From Nitrososphaeria archaeon (GTDB lineage: Archaea > Thermoproteota > Nitrososphaeria > Nitrososphaerales > JAAOZN01), in contig JARVJZ010000003.1 of NCBI GenBank assembly GCA_029775855.1, positions 128,001-192,000 on the forward strand: a stretch of DNA of 64,000 bases, read 5' to 3'. Below are positions 1 to 10,051 of this stretch, piece by piece. The stretch's first letter is position 1. Each line of letters opens with the position of its first letter. The notes under the pieces were generated by a model, which searched no databases, was not told where the DNA came from, and saw only the letters and a program-made list of their open reading frames with translations. The position numbers and the translations under genes were made by a program.

Positions 1-996
1 AAAGACGTTAGGCGTAACCCAAGAATCAGTTGTATCAGCTAAACCTTGAAGCACATTCTTAACCAAAGCTTCTTTGTCAATAGCATAGTTCACAGCTTGC
101 CTAACTCTCTCATCTTTGAACGGACCCCACTGATTGTTCATTATCACCATTACACCTCTAGTACTTGGAACATCAGCAACCACGAAATTTGGATTTTGCC
201 TTAAGTTTGGCACCTCTACGGGTGGTGGTGCTAAGACTACATCTGCATCACCAGCAAGAAGCATCGATATTCTAGTTGTAGCTTCTGGGACAATGTTTAT
301 GATAACCTTGGTTGCACCAGGTTTTTCACCCCAATAATCTTCATTGCGTTCTAAGACCACTCTCTCATTTAACTTCCACTCTACAAACTTGAATGGTCCT
401 GTGCCTATAAGTGGAACATCAGCGTTTGGTCCCCCGGCTCTTATGTATGTAGATGGAGAGAATATCGCGATTCTATATGAAGCTAGGTTGGCTAACAGTG
501 GCCCGTATGGGTACTTTAAGTTGAATTTAACGGTGTAGTCATCTACCGCTTCTACACTCTTAATGGGGTCAAATCTATTTGCGAATCCAGTGCCTTCTGG
601 GAAGGGGACGTCTTTGTTTATGTATCTTTGCATGAAAGACCAGACTACTGCAGATGCATTAAATGGTGTTCCATCGTGGAACTTTACACCTTTCCTTAGC
701 TTGAATGTGTATGTAAGCCCGTCTGGAGATACCTCATAACTTATCGCTAAAGACTTTGAAGGTATAATATTCCCTTCACTGTCTATTTTTAGAAGACTCT
801 CCTGCACAGAGTTGAATAAGCTGGTCCAAGTGGCACTATGTGATTGTAGTGTGTCAAGTGTGCCTGGATCTGAGCCGTAAACGATTGTAACAACTTTTTC
901 TGATATTGGTGTTTGTGTAAGGTATATTGCGCCAGCAGCAACAGCAGCGATAATTATTATGATTATTGTAGCTACTACTTTTATCTTCGATACCAA
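1..996 (-). CDS. ABC transporter peptide/nickel-family substrate-binding protein (3' part runs off the window)
   Basis: Manual translation from TTG at 996: MVSKIKVVATIIIIIIAAVAAGAIYL (membrane anchor)...LAISYEVSPDGLTYTFKLRKGVKFHDGTPFNASAV, the SBP family 5 signature. Not in the ORF track because it has no stop in the window. Confidence 0.9.
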   Translation of the reverse strand, partial: MVSKIKVVATIIIIIIAAVAAGAIYLTQTPISEKVVTIVYGSDPGTLDTLQSHSATWTSLFNSVQESLLKIDSEGNIIPSKSLAISYEVSPDGLTYTFKLRKGVKFHDGTPFNASAVVWSFMQRYINKDVPFPEGTGFANRFDPIKSVEAVDDYTVKFNLKYPYGPLLANLASYRIAIFSPSTYIRAGGPNADVPLIGTGPFKFVEWKLNERVVLERNEDYWGEKPGATKVIINIVPEATTRISMLLAGDADVVLAPPPVEVPNLRQNPNFVVADVPSTRGVMVIMNNQWGPFKDERVRQAVNYAIDKEALVKNVLQGLADTTDSWVTPNVF

Positions 997-1185
997 TGCG
1001 CTCCATCTTAAGTACTTAAACTCTATATTTAAGCCTTCTGCAATGCAATAATTTATACAATTTCTCTATTGTTTTTGTCTAATTTATTTTAAGCTTGGCA
1101 AATATGTTTGTTTAAATTGTTAGGTATTAAATCAAACAAATCAACTGGATAATATTTAAAACGGTTTGAGCATGGGTTGTATAGG

Positions 1186-2397
1186 ATGGATCTTAGTGAG
1201 GTTCGAGTGGTAATTCCAGTCGGTGGGCAAGCGACAAGGCTCCATCCGTTGACAGCTGAGGTTTCAAAAGCGTGCGTTCGTTTTCTTAATAGGCCGTTGA
1301 TAGAAATTGCTATCGCTGAGCTTGCTAAGCAAGGTGTTAAGCACTTTATCTTCGGCGTGAAGGGGTACATAAACTACCGAAGTCTACACGATTACTTTGA
1401 TGACGGCACATCCATATCAGCTAAATATAATATTAAGCCACGTATTCACATAAAGTATCAACCCCATATAGAGGACTTGGGCAGCGCAGATTCGTTAAGG
1501 ATAATACTTGACTACTATGAGATCCCTTCACTTATAGCTGTGGTGCAAGGAGATAACATCTTCAACCTAAATCTTGCAGACCTATTAGACTTCCACATAT
1601 CTCATGAAGCCTTTCTAACAATCTGCTTAACAAGAGTTGATGATGTTACTGGATATGGTGTAGCTGAAATAGAAGGAGATAGGATAGTTAGATTCGTTGA
1701 GAAACCAGATCCAAAGGAAGCGCCCTCAAACCTCGCTAACACAGGGATCTACATTTTAAGCCCAGAAGTTAAATCGGTTTACGCAGATCCTTTCATCAGA
1801 GACAAGATTCAGCGTAGAGAAAGGCTTGATTTCGGAAAAGACTTCATACCCTACCTAATTGAGCGTGGTTACCCTGTTTATGGCTATCTTCTTAAAGGGC
1901 AGTGGTATGACCTAGGCACGCCAGCCAACTACCTTACTACTATGACTGAGTTGCTTAGAAGTGGTTATGAACTTGAACCTAGCTGGAAGGTAGAGGGATA
2001 TAATATCTGGCTTCAGAGCAGAAGCAGCGAATCCCTTCGAAGAAGAAACGAGATTTTGAAGAAGATGCGAGAAGGTAAGATAAGGTTAGAGGGCTCTGTC
2101 TTGATAGGGAGGCACTGCCAGATAGGTGAAGGTTCTGTAATCAAGGACTCGGTCATAGATAATTTTACAATCATAGGTAGAAACGTCACTATAGAGGGCT
2201 CTGCTGTTCTTGACAGATGCATAATTTACGATAATACTACTATACGCAGAAGCATCATAGGTAGGCATGTAATAGTTAAGTCTTCACCAATAAAACCCAC
2301 GTTGATAGAGGATCTTTCGGTAATAGGTGACGACACAATCATAGAGGAAGGCTGCAAGCTAGCTTCAGCGAAAATCTACCCTCACAACAGAATATAG
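1186..2397 (+). CDS. NDP-sugar synthase / sugar-phosphate nucleotidyltransferase
   Basis: IPVGGQATRLHPLT-x-KAC motif, FVEKP, WYDLGTP, C-terminal hexapeptide repeats. ATG 1186 preferred to TTG 1177. Confidence 0.88.
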   Translation: MDLSEVRVVIPVGGQATRLHPLTAEVSKACVRFLNRPLIEIAIAELAKQGVKHFIFGVKGYINYRSLHDYFDDGTSISAKYNIKPRIHIKYQPHIEDLGSADSLRIILDYYEIPSLIAVVQGDNIFNLNLADLLDFHISHEAFLTICLTRVDDVTGYGVAEIEGDRIVRFVEKPDPKEAPSNLANTGIYILSPEVKSVYADPFIRDKIQRRERLDFGKDFIPYLIERGYPVYGYLLKGQWYDLGTPANYLTTMTELLRSGYELEPSWKVEGYNIWLQSRSSESLRRRNEILKKMREGKIRLEGSVLIGRHCQIGEGSVIKDSVIDNFTIIGRNVTIEGSAVLDRCIIYDNTTIRRSIIGRHVIVKSSPIKPTLIEDLSVIGDDTIIEEGCKLASAKIYPHNRI

Positions 2398-2402
2398 CAA
2401 TC

Positions 2403-2843
2403 TTAAGCATGATATACCCACCTTGAGGCACCGTCAGCAAAGACCTCCTTCTTGAAGAGCGCGGGTTCACGCTTATATCTTTCAACCGCCTCCTCAAGTG
2501 CTGGAAAGACATTAGTTCGGCTCCTCCCAGAAACAAGCACGAGAACTAAGGGTTCTCCGACTTTGAATCTCCCCATAAGGTGGTAGATTAGGACGCGGCT
2601 TGCTTGGTGTTTTTCTTGAACTTCTCTACAGATCTTTTGGATGGTTGGCGTTGCATGCTCAACGTAAGCCTCGACTTCAACTGCAGAGACCTCTTTACCT
2701 AATTCGCTACTATTCTTCGCCACACCTATGAAGGTAGCTACTGCTCCGTCTTCAGGAGGGAGTTTAGTCATAAATTCGTTTAAGACGTTAAAAAGGTTGA
2801 AGCTCTCTTTAGAATACACACCAGCATCGAGCATTCTAATCAA
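2403..2843 (-). CDS. moaE: Molybdopterin synthase catalytic subunit
   Basis: GAVATFIG, EAY, HLMGRFKVGE, FKKEVFADG..W motifs. Confidence 0.9.
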   Translation of the reverse strand: MIRMLDAGVYSKESFNLFNVLNEFMTKLPPEDGAVATFIGVAKNSSELGKEVSAVEVEAYVEHATPTIQKICREVQEKHQASRVLIYHLMGRFKVGEPLVLVLVSGRSRTNVFPALEEAVERYKREPALFKKEVFADGASRWVYHA

Positions 2844-2861
2844 TATAGGGTGTTATAGGAT

Positions 2862-3389
2862 TTAATAGTTTATCTCTTTACTGCTCTGAAACTTCCTCTT
2901 TAGCGTTGTACCACAAATAGGGCAGCTTCGAATATTGGTAGCATAGCTTTTGCCGCAGCCAGGACAGTATCTGATCCATTTTACCATCTTCTTTATTCCC
3001 TTACTCATAGTTGGTAAAAATGGTATATTGAGAGTTTGGGCTACATTCTGCACAGCATAGTCATCGCTAACTATCGTAGCATCACACTTTCTAGAATAAT
3101 GTAGAGCTAATGCAAGGATAGAAAGGTCGGCTTCAGATAAGTAAGGTAGGTCATTTGTCTTCAAGGCTACTTCCTTCACTTTCTGGTATACTTCTACAGG
3201 GGGCTCCTCTACCTCTAAACGCTTAGCCTCTAAAAGAGTGTTTATTATCGCTTGATATTTGATGCCGCGTGAAACTTCCTTTAGCACTTGCTTAGTGGTC
3301 TTATAGATCTCTAAACCAGCGTAAGGTAAGCCCGAGTAGAAGGCGGTTGCATCAAGGACAAGTACCTTGCTCTTAGCTTCAGTTGTCAA
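2862..3389 (-). CDS. nob1: NOB1-family endonuclease (PIN domain plus Zn ribbon)
   Basis: VLDATAF, LSEADLSILALA, SDDYAVQN, CPGC..CPICG. Confidence 0.9.
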   Translation of the reverse strand: MTTEAKSKVLVLDATAFYSGLPYAGLEIYKTTKQVLKEVSRGIKYQAIINTLLEAKRLEVEEPPVEVYQKVKEVALKTNDLPYLSEADLSILALALHYSRKCDATIVSDDYAVQNVAQTLNIPFLPTMSKGIKKMVKWIRYCPGCGKSYATNIRSCPICGTTLKRKFQSSKEINY

Positions 3390-3391
3390 AG

Positions 3392-3817
3392 TTAAACTTG
3401 TGAAGCAAGCTTATCAAACAGTGCCTTCTTCATCTTTATGGGCACATCATAATATGTTGCGAGCGCTATGGAATCAGAGGCTCTATAATTTTTGAGCACG
3501 AAGCTATTATTTCTATGCCTAAAGTAGAGGTCTGCCCTTAGGACGTTTCCTCTCTCATAAACCTCGACCTCTGTTAGAAAGATTGATTGAATATCTGCTA
3601 TTTCGGCTATCATCTTGTAAATTGATGGGACTGATATTCTATCTCCTTTTTGAAATCTTGCTATGTAATCAGCAACTTCCCCTGAGAATGCGCTCATAGG
3701 GAAGCTTCTTCCATCATCCGCTGTTAGAACTAGTATACCTTGAGCCCCTTCAGGGTCTGCGAACCCGACCTTCGTCACTTTAACATATACATACTCGTTA
3801 TTCTTATCTTCACGCAT
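3392..3817 (-). CDS. Bifunctional nuclease (DUF151) family protein
   Basis: RASDSIALA..DVPI C-terminal motif. Confidence 0.75.
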   Translation of the reverse strand: MREDKNNEYVYVKVTKVGFADPEGAQGILVLTADDGRSFPMSAFSGEVADYIARFQKGDRISVPSIYKMIAEIADIQSIFLTEVEVYERGNVLRADLYFRHRNNSFVLKNYRASDSIALATYYDVPIKMKKALFDKLASQV

Positions 3818-3847
3818 CTTTTAGACGCCCATCATAAAAGTATATCA

Positions 3848-4684
3848 TTATGCTGATAAAGGTAGCGCTGGTTGGTTGATCATTCTAAATAGCTGCTTGA
3901 AGGTAAAGCTCTTGAACCTAACTAGGTTTGCAGCACATTCATACCTGCAGATTACCACTTCCCCTTCTTCTACAGGATAAACCTCTTGCCCATCTACTAC
4001 TATATCGGTATGCTGATCAGCCTTTATAGTAATCAGCTGAGGTTTTATAACTATCGGCGGCACGTTTAGAAGAGGAGAGACTGGGACTACAAGTATAGCT
4101 TCAAGATTCTCTTGCAGCACCGGCCCTTTTAATGAGTAGGCATGTCCAGTTGAACCTGTAGGTGTTGCAACTATTACCCCATCCATCCTTATGTTTAGAT
4201 GCGCTTCCCCTATCTTTATTGTAAAGCGTGGTGTGCCTACATGTGTTCTTCTGACCACATAGATTTCGTTTGTGGCTGGTGGTAGTTTGACATTGCTTTT
4301 TGCGGCAATTCTCATTCTTCGATCTAAGATGTATTCCCCCCTCTTTAGTTTTGTTATGGCTTCGTCAAGCTCCTCCGGCTTGATTTCCGAGAGTATTCCT
4401 CTATGTCCAACATTTATTGGTAAAACTGGTGTCTCATCGTGAAGTAATCTTAAGGCGCGTAAGAGTGTGCCATCCCCACCCACAGTAATAACGATATCAG
4501 TACCCATCTTCTTTAATTCGTTTACATTTTCTACTTTTAAAGCTCCTTCAGATCCAAAGTCCTCCAAAGTATATGTTTGTATTTCAGCTTTAACTAATTT
4601 ACTAACTATGTTTGCTTTAATCTTTCTATCTAAGCCTTCTTTTAAGATAACTCCTGCAACTTGAACGGGTTTTTGATATGCCAA
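3848..4684 (-). CDS. nadK: NAD(+) kinase
   Basis: GGDGTLL, NE, DGVIVATPTGSTGH motifs. Confidence 0.93.
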   Translation of the reverse strand: MAYQKPVQVAGVILKEGLDRKIKANIVSKLVKAEIQTYTLEDFGSEGALKVENVNELKKMGTDIVITVGGDGTLLRALRLLHDETPVLPINVGHRGILSEIKPEELDEAITKLKRGEYILDRRMRIAAKSNVKLPPATNEIYVVRRTHVGTPRFTIKIGEAHLNIRMDGVIVATPTGSTGHAYSLKGPVLQENLEAILVVPVSPLLNVPPIVIKPQLITIKADQHTDIVVDGQEVYPVEEGEVVICRYECAANLVRFKSFTFKQLFRMINQPALPLSA

Positions 4685-4785
4685 GGCAGTGTTTATTTGG
4701 GCAGTTTAATATATTAATATCTCTTTACTTCTAAAGAAAGACAATTATATAACCAATTATTACCAAGTACTCAACAAGAGGATAG

Positions 4786-5190
4786 GTGCTTAGTATGAGT
4801 AAACCTGTTGATTTAGGAAGTGTTAAAGAAGGTTCGTATATAATCATAGATGGCGAACCCTCAAAGATAGTTGAATACGATAAATCTAAGCCTGGTAAAC
4901 ACGGCGCTGCTAAGGCTCGTGTAGTGGCTATAGGGTTGTTTGATGGTGTTAAGAGGAGCTTCGTTTCACCAGTCTCTGCTAATGTTGAAGTTCCTATAAT
5001 TGAAAAAAGGTCGGCGCAGGTGATTTCAATCTCTGGTTCGAATGTTCAACTGATGGATCTTGAGACCTTTGAGTATTTTGATTTACAGATGCCGGTTGAG
5101 GAGGAGATAAAATCTAAGATTCAACCCGGTGTTGAAGTTGAATATTGGCGGACTATGGGTAGAAATAAGATTATGAGAGTTAAAGGTTAA
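4786..5190 (+). CDS. eif5a: Translation factor aIF-5A
   Basis: [11 protein letters not shown] hypusination motif. Confidence 0.97.
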   Translation: MLSMSKPVDLGSVKEGSYIIIDGEPSKIVEYDKSKPGKHGAAKARVVAIGLFDGVKRSFVSPVSANVEVPIIEKRSAQVISISGSNVQLMDLETFEYFDLQMPVEEEIKSKIQPGVEVEYWRTMGRNKIMRVKG

Positions 5191-5231
5191 AGAGGTCAGT
5201 AAACTCTATAGGTTAATGGTGTAAATTAAAT

Positions 5232-5302
5232 TGAGGGCCTAGATGATCCTTGGAAGAGCCGTCTGAGCTGTGATGACGAATCAGAGTGGAGATGGGCCCT
5301 CA
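5232..5302 (+). ncRNA. Box C/D-like guide sRNA
   Basis: Terminal stem TGAGGGCCTA/TGGGCCCTCA, k-turn GAT-GA-TCC...GGA-GA, D' CTGA (5263-5266), C' GTGATGA (5270-5276), guide GGAAGAGCCG complementary to conserved LSU rRNA CGGCUCUUCC. Confidence 0.75.
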
Positions 5303-5318
5303 TGTTGAGCGTATAGAT

Positions 5319-6026
5319 ATGAAGGTCGCAGTAGTGTATTCAGGTGGCAAAGACAGCACAAGAGCGGTCTATGAATGTTTAAAGGCTGGGTATACTGTTA
5401 GCTGTCTACTGACCATAATACCAGAAGCTTTTGGAAGCTACCTCTTTCACTACCCTAATGCTCGGTGGACTAAGCTGCAAGCTGAAGCGATGGATCTGCC
5501 CTTGTTGAGTAAAGAGGTGAGTGGCGCTGAGGATGATGAGTTGAATGCGCTCAAGTTTCTTTTGGCTGATGCTGTTTCTAAATATTCGGTTGATTGTTTG
5601 TGTAGCGGTGCTGTGGCTAGCGTGTATCAGAGAAGTAGGTTTGATAAAGTAGCGTCAAGTTTAGGTCTAAAGTGTGTTAACCCGCTCTGGGGATTAGATG
5701 ATGAACAGATTTTAAGAGACCTCATTGGGCTAGGCTTTAAGACAATTGTTGTAGGTGTTTCCGCAGCTGGTTTAGACTCAAGGTGGTTAGGAAGGGTTAT
5801 AGATGAAGATGCCATAGAAGAGCTAAAGAAAATTAAGAAGAAATATGGAGTAAACCTCTCCTTCGAAGGCGGAGAAGCTGAAACATTTGTGTTAGATGCA
5901 CCGATGTTCAAAAAACGAATAGAAATTGTATCCTCAGAGGTATCTTGGGATGGCTACATAGGTTTTCTGCTCATAAAAGATGCGAAGCTTGTAGAGAAGG
6001 AAAGCGTTAAAGTTGGGTCAACCTAA
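5319..6026 (+). CDS. dph6: Diphthine--ammonia ligase
   Basis: YSGGKDS PP-loop, EGGEAETFVLDAP. ATG 5319 (MKVAVV) preferred because GTG 5286 lies inside the sRNA. Confidence 0.9.
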   Translation: MKVAVVYSGGKDSTRAVYECLKAGYTVSCLLTIIPEAFGSYLFHYPNARWTKLQAEAMDLPLLSKEVSGAEDDELNALKFLLADAVSKYSVDCLCSGAVASVYQRSRFDKVASSLGLKCVNPLWGLDDEQILRDLIGLGFKTIVVGVSAAGLDSRWLGRVIDEDAIEELKKIKKKYGVNLSFEGGEAETFVLDAPMFKKRIEIVSSEVSWDGYIGFLLIKDAKLVEKESVKVGST

Positions 6027-6037
6027 GGTAGCAGGCG

Positions 6038-7360
6038 ATGTTAGAGAAGTTAAAAGAAGGTTTACAAGCAGCAATAAAAAAACTGATAGGAGCAACAACG
6101 GTAGACGAAGCGGCTGTAAAAGAATTCATTAGAGACCTCCAGCGAACTCTACTACAAGCAGATGTTAATGTAAAGCAAGTCTTAGAAATCACAACAAAGA
6201 TAGAGAAGAGGGCTCTACAAGAATCTCCACCTCCAGGTCTACCACGCAAAGATCACATCGTGAAGATACTGTATGAAGAGCTGTCATCTACATTAGGCGG
6301 GGAGGCTAAGCTCGAAATCCCTATGAACAAAACCTACACGATTATTCTACTCGGGATCCAAGGTTCGGGTAAAACTACTGTAGCCGCTAAATTAGCTAGG
6401 CATCTTCAAAAGAAAGGGTATAAGGTTGGTGTGGTCTGCGCTGACACATATAGACCGGGTGCGTTGACGCAGCTTCGTATGCTCGGTAAGCAGATTGGTG
6501 TTGAGGTTTACGGTGAAGAAGATTCTACAGACGCAGCCGCCATAGCTGAGAGGGGTCTAAAGTTCTTCGAAGGTAAAGATGTTGTGATAGTAGATACTGC
6601 TGGTAGGCATAAGGAGGAGAAGGGTCTTCTGGAGGAGATGAAGGAGATCTCATCTAAGATTACCCCAGACCTTACATTACTAGTTGTAGACGGCACAATA
6701 GGGCAGGCGTGCTACTCTCAATCAAAAGCATTCCACGAAGCTGTGCCTGTAGGAGGGATAATTATAACAAAGTTAGATGGCGCAGCTAAAGGAGGAGGAG
6801 CTCTGGCAGCCGCAGCGGCTACGGGTGCAAAGATCTTCTTTATAGGCACAGGTGAAAGAGTTGATGACTTAGAGCCATTCTCGCCAACTAGATTTGTCGG
6901 TAGGCTTCTTGGATTGGGTGATATTAAGGCTCTTTTGGAGAGGGCTAAGGAGCTTGAGATAGAGGCTGACGAGAAGAAGATGCAGCGTTTCATGTCGGGT
7001 AAGATGACAATAGATGACCTCTTGTATCAGCTAGAGCAGATGAAGAAGATGGGTTCTATCCGCCGGATACTTGAACTTATACCCGGTTTTTCCCAAACTC
7101 AGATACCCGAGGCTGAACTTGAAGGCTTAGATGAGAAGTTAGAAAAGTGGCGTAGCATTATACTTTCGATGACTAAAGAGGAGCGAACTAACCCAGAGAT
7201 AATGAACGCATCCAGAATAAGGAGAGTCGCAAGAGGCTCGGGCTCGGCTGAAAAGGATGTGAAGGATCTTCTAACAAGATATAAGCAGACTAAAGATATT
7301 ATGAAGGCTAGTAAAGGTAGGGCTCTAAGGCAGCTTCTGAGAAGGTTCCAGCAGACTTGA
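6038..7360 (+). CDS. srp54: Signal recognition particle protein SRP54
   Basis: GIQGSGKTT, DTAGRH, TKLDG, M-domain SRIRRVARGSG. Confidence 0.97.
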   Translation: MLEKLKEGLQAAIKKLIGATTVDEAAVKEFIRDLQRTLLQADVNVKQVLEITTKIEKRALQESPPPGLPRKDHIVKILYEELSSTLGGEAKLEIPMNKTYTIILLGIQGSGKTTVAAKLARHLQKKGYKVGVVCADTYRPGALTQLRMLGKQIGVEVYGEEDSTDAAAIAERGLKFFEGKDVVIVDTAGRHKEEKGLLEEMKEISSKITPDLTLLVVDGTIGQACYSQSKAFHEAVPVGGIIITKLDGAAKGGGALAAAAATGAKIFFIGTGERVDDLEPFSPTRFVGRLLGLGDIKALLERAKELEIEADEKKMQRFMSGKMTIDDLLYQLEQMKKMGSIRRILELIPGFSQTQIPEAELEGLDEKLEKWRSIILSMTKEERTNPEIMNASRIRRVARGSGSAEKDVKDLLTRYKQTKDIMKASKGRALRQLLRRFQQT

Positions 7361-8478
7361 GCAGCAAAGCAAAGGCTATTTTAAAGAAGTATCCGCTTTG
7401 CTCAAGGTGCCTAGAAAGGCAAGTGCGGTTGAAAGCTAAGTATCCGACCGATACTAAAGAATGCTTCATCTGCGGAAACTTCTTTGAACATATAAACGAT
7501 GTTGTGAAGACCGTAGCCACAGCCTTAAACGAGTATGAATTTCAAACCTTCAGCATAGGTCTATCCGCACCTAATGAATGGATCGAGAAAGAGGATATGA
7601 TTAGGTCAGAATTCAAGCTGCGAGGTGTACGCAACATAAAGTCCGAAGCTTCACATGCTCTTACACTTGAATTGAGTAGGGTCTTAAATAAGAGGCTCGA
7701 CCGCTTTGACCCCGATGTTGTCGCTATAGTGGATGTGGTAAGCAGAGACGTGAAGGTGCTGGCAAAGTCAGTTTACCTATTTGGAAGATACACTAAATCA
7801 AAGCGTGGTCTACCGCAGAAGCAACCAAGATGCAAAGTCTGCAGAGGACGAGGTTGCCCAGAATGCGGATACACAGGTAAAGAGAAGCAGATGAGCGTAG
7901 AGCAGCTTCTGAGCCAAAGGCTTCTAAACATATTCAAAGGCTCTAAAGTAACATTCAGCTGGTGTGGAAGCGAAGACGAACAAAGTCTAGTTTTAGGAGA
8001 AGGTAGACCGTTCTATGTCGAGGTGCATAACCCCAAAAAAAGAAATCTACCGAGTTTGAATTTACCATTCAAACTAGGCTTTGGGGTTAAGCTTAAACAA
8101 CTAACCTTACTTGCTGCTAAACCTGAGAAGATGCCTTCCTTTCGCAGCGAAGTGTTTGCTCGGGTGCTCTTTCAAAGTAAGCCTGATAAGAAGAAGTTAA
8201 AGGAGGCTTCAGCTCTTTTAGAGCGCTCAGAAATTTATCAAGCATCTTTAAGTAAGCGTAAGACATATGTGAAGAAGATCTACTTATTTAAAATTCGAGT
8301 AGTTGGTTGTAAGGGGTTCATCAGGTTCATATGTGATGGTGGATTAAGCATAAAACGCTTTCTCACTGGTGCAGGCGAACCTATAACTCCTAATCTACCC
8401 TCGCTTCTCGGTGTGAATATAGACCTTGATGAGCATAAACCCTTTGACATATTAGATGTAATGCTGGAAGGCTTTTAG
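7357..8478 (+). CDS. pus10: tRNA pseudouridine(54/55) synthase Pus10 (divergent)
   Basis: N-terminal CSRC..CFIC, GRYTK..RGLPQ, GSED..LVLGEGRPF, CDGGLSIK. Confidence 0.85.
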   Translation: MSSKAKAILKKYPLCSRCLERQVRLKAKYPTDTKECFICGNFFEHINDVVKTVATALNEYEFQTFSIGLSAPNEWIEKEDMIRSEFKLRGVRNIKSEASHALTLELSRVLNKRLDRFDPDVVAIVDVVSRDVKVLAKSVYLFGRYTKSKRGLPQKQPRCKVCRGRGCPECGYTGKEKQMSVEQLLSQRLLNIFKGSKVTFSWCGSEDEQSLVLGEGRPFYVEVHNPKKRNLPSLNLPFKLGFGVKLKQLTLLAAKPEKMPSFRSEVFARVLFQSKPDKKKLKEASALLERSEIYQASLSKRKTYVKKIYLFKIRVVGCKGFIRFICDGGLSIKRFLTGAGEPITPNLPSLLGVNIDLDEHKPFDILDVMLEGF

Positions 8479-8513
8479 AATAGCTCTAACACACCCCATT
8501 GGGTTGACGCTAG

Positions 8514-9644
8514 TTGGCTACATATAGAGTTGCTGTAATACCTGGAGATGGTGTAGGGCCAGAAGTTATACGCGAAGGCAAGAAGGTATTAGATGCGGTG
8601 AGTGAAGTAGACTCTTTTGAAATAGAGTGGGTAGAGTACCCTTTCGGCGCAGAGTATTACTTAAAGACAGGCAAGACGCTTGACGAAGATTCACTTAAAG
8701 AACTCAAGCGGTATAAGGCGATTTATCTCGGTGCCGTAGGAGATCCGAGGGTTCCTCCAGGGGTATTAGAGCTAGGGATTCTACTCAAGCTACGCTTCTA
8801 TATGGATGAATATGTGAACCTTAGACCAGTTAAGCTTTTTGAAGGCGTGGATACCCCTCTTAGAAATAAAAGTGAAAAGGATATCTGCTTTGATGTAGTT
8901 AGAGAGAACACCGAAGACTTTTACATCGGTGTAGGGGGAAGAGTAGCGAAGGTCCCTATCAGACAACAGCATAACCTTATGCGGGAGCTCTATAACCTTA
9001 AGTTCAATCTGGATATCGAGGGAGATGCGGATGAAATAGCCTATCAATTAGGCGTCATAAGTCGAAGGGGTGCTGAGCGTGTCATAAGATACGCTTTTGA
9101 GCTTGCTGAGAGAAAGAAGAAGCGAAAGGTATCTTCAGTTGATAAAGCGAATGTCTTGACAGAAGTGTATGGTCTTTGGCGAGAAGTCTTTGCTGAAGTC
9201 TCTAAATGTTATCCACATATTGAGACAGAGTATATGTTTGTAGACGCTGCTGCCATGTGGTTCGTCAAAAACCCAGAATGGTTCCAAGTAGTCGTTACCC
9301 CAAATCTCTTTGGAGACATCTTAACAGATCTAGGTGCGATGATACAAGGAGGCCTAGGTGTTGCACCGGGAGCAAATATAAACCCTTTCGGCACTTCAAC
9401 CTTTGAACCCATACACGGCTCAGCCCCAAAGTATAAGGGGCAGAACAAGATTAACCCTATTGCGACGATTCTCGCTGGCGCTCTTCTTCTTGAAAACCTT
9501 GGGTTATACAGCTCTGCGGCTAAAGTTGAGGATGCGGTTAGAGCGGTGCTGAGGGAGGGTAAGGTTCGCACCTACGATTTAGGCGGTTCTTCAACCACAG
9601 AAGAAGTAGGTGATGCGGTTGCAGAAAAGCTTAGGAGTTCTTAG
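8514..9644 (+). CDS. leuB: 3-isopropylmalate dehydrogenase
   Basis: [37 protein letters not shown]. Lies in the BCAA gene context. Confidence 0.85.
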   Translation: MATYRVAVIPGDGVGPEVIREGKKVLDAVSEVDSFEIEWVEYPFGAEYYLKTGKTLDEDSLKELKRYKAIYLGAVGDPRVPPGVLELGILLKLRFYMDEYVNLRPVKLFEGVDTPLRNKSEKDICFDVVRENTEDFYIGVGGRVAKVPIRQQHNLMRELYNLKFNLDIEGDADEIAYQLGVISRRGAERVIRYAFELAERKKKRKVSSVDKANVLTEVYGLWREVFAEVSKCYPHIETEYMFVDAAAMWFVKNPEWFQVVVTPNLFGDILTDLGAMIQGGLGVAPGANINPFGTSTFEPIHGSAPKYKGQNKINPIATILAGALLLENLGLYSSAAKVEDAVRAVLREGKVRTYDLGGSSTTEEVGDAVAEKLRSS

Positions 9645-10023
9645 GTCTCCAACCCAAAGCCAAGCTACCCCCTATAACTCCGAGTATCAACCCTAGCAGG
9701 AAGCCGCCGCCTCCAAATATGCTCAGTATAGATAAGACGAGGATAGCTGCTCCCCAACCACTACTCCCAGCGGGTCGATAATAGAGCATCAGTGCTGCAA
9801 ATATGGTGAGAGCGCCTAACACTAAGCCGACTACGCTCAACGCGAACATCAATCTTCCGAGGGCTAAAACGATACTACCAGATAAACCGCGTGGCGTCAT
9901 AACATAATCTAAGGTGTTAGTTAAAGCTTGGGTAGATAAACCAACTACTAACCCATTCGCGAAGATCAATGCACCAGCGGCTAGGGTGAGGATGAATGCG
10001 GTGTAGGGTTTTTCACCAGACAT
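9631..10023 (-). CDS. Small membrane protein (DUF6114-like)
   Basis: Four hydrophobic segments, [21 protein letters not shown]-terminus. Confidence 0.6.
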   Translation of the reverse strand: MSGEKPYTAFILTLAAGALIFANGLVVGLSTQALTNTLDYVMTPRGLSGSIVLALGRLMFALSVVGLVLGALTIFAALMLYYRPAGSSGWGAAILVLSILSIFGGGGFLLGLILGVIGGSLALGWRPKNS

Positions 10024-10051
10024 ACTGTTTACCTTTCTTTATGAGATTATT

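Noticed and set aside
5286-5318. N-terminal extension of dph6 from GTG 5286
   Set aside because: It lies within the sRNA 3' stem; the family begins at MKVAV (ATG 5319)
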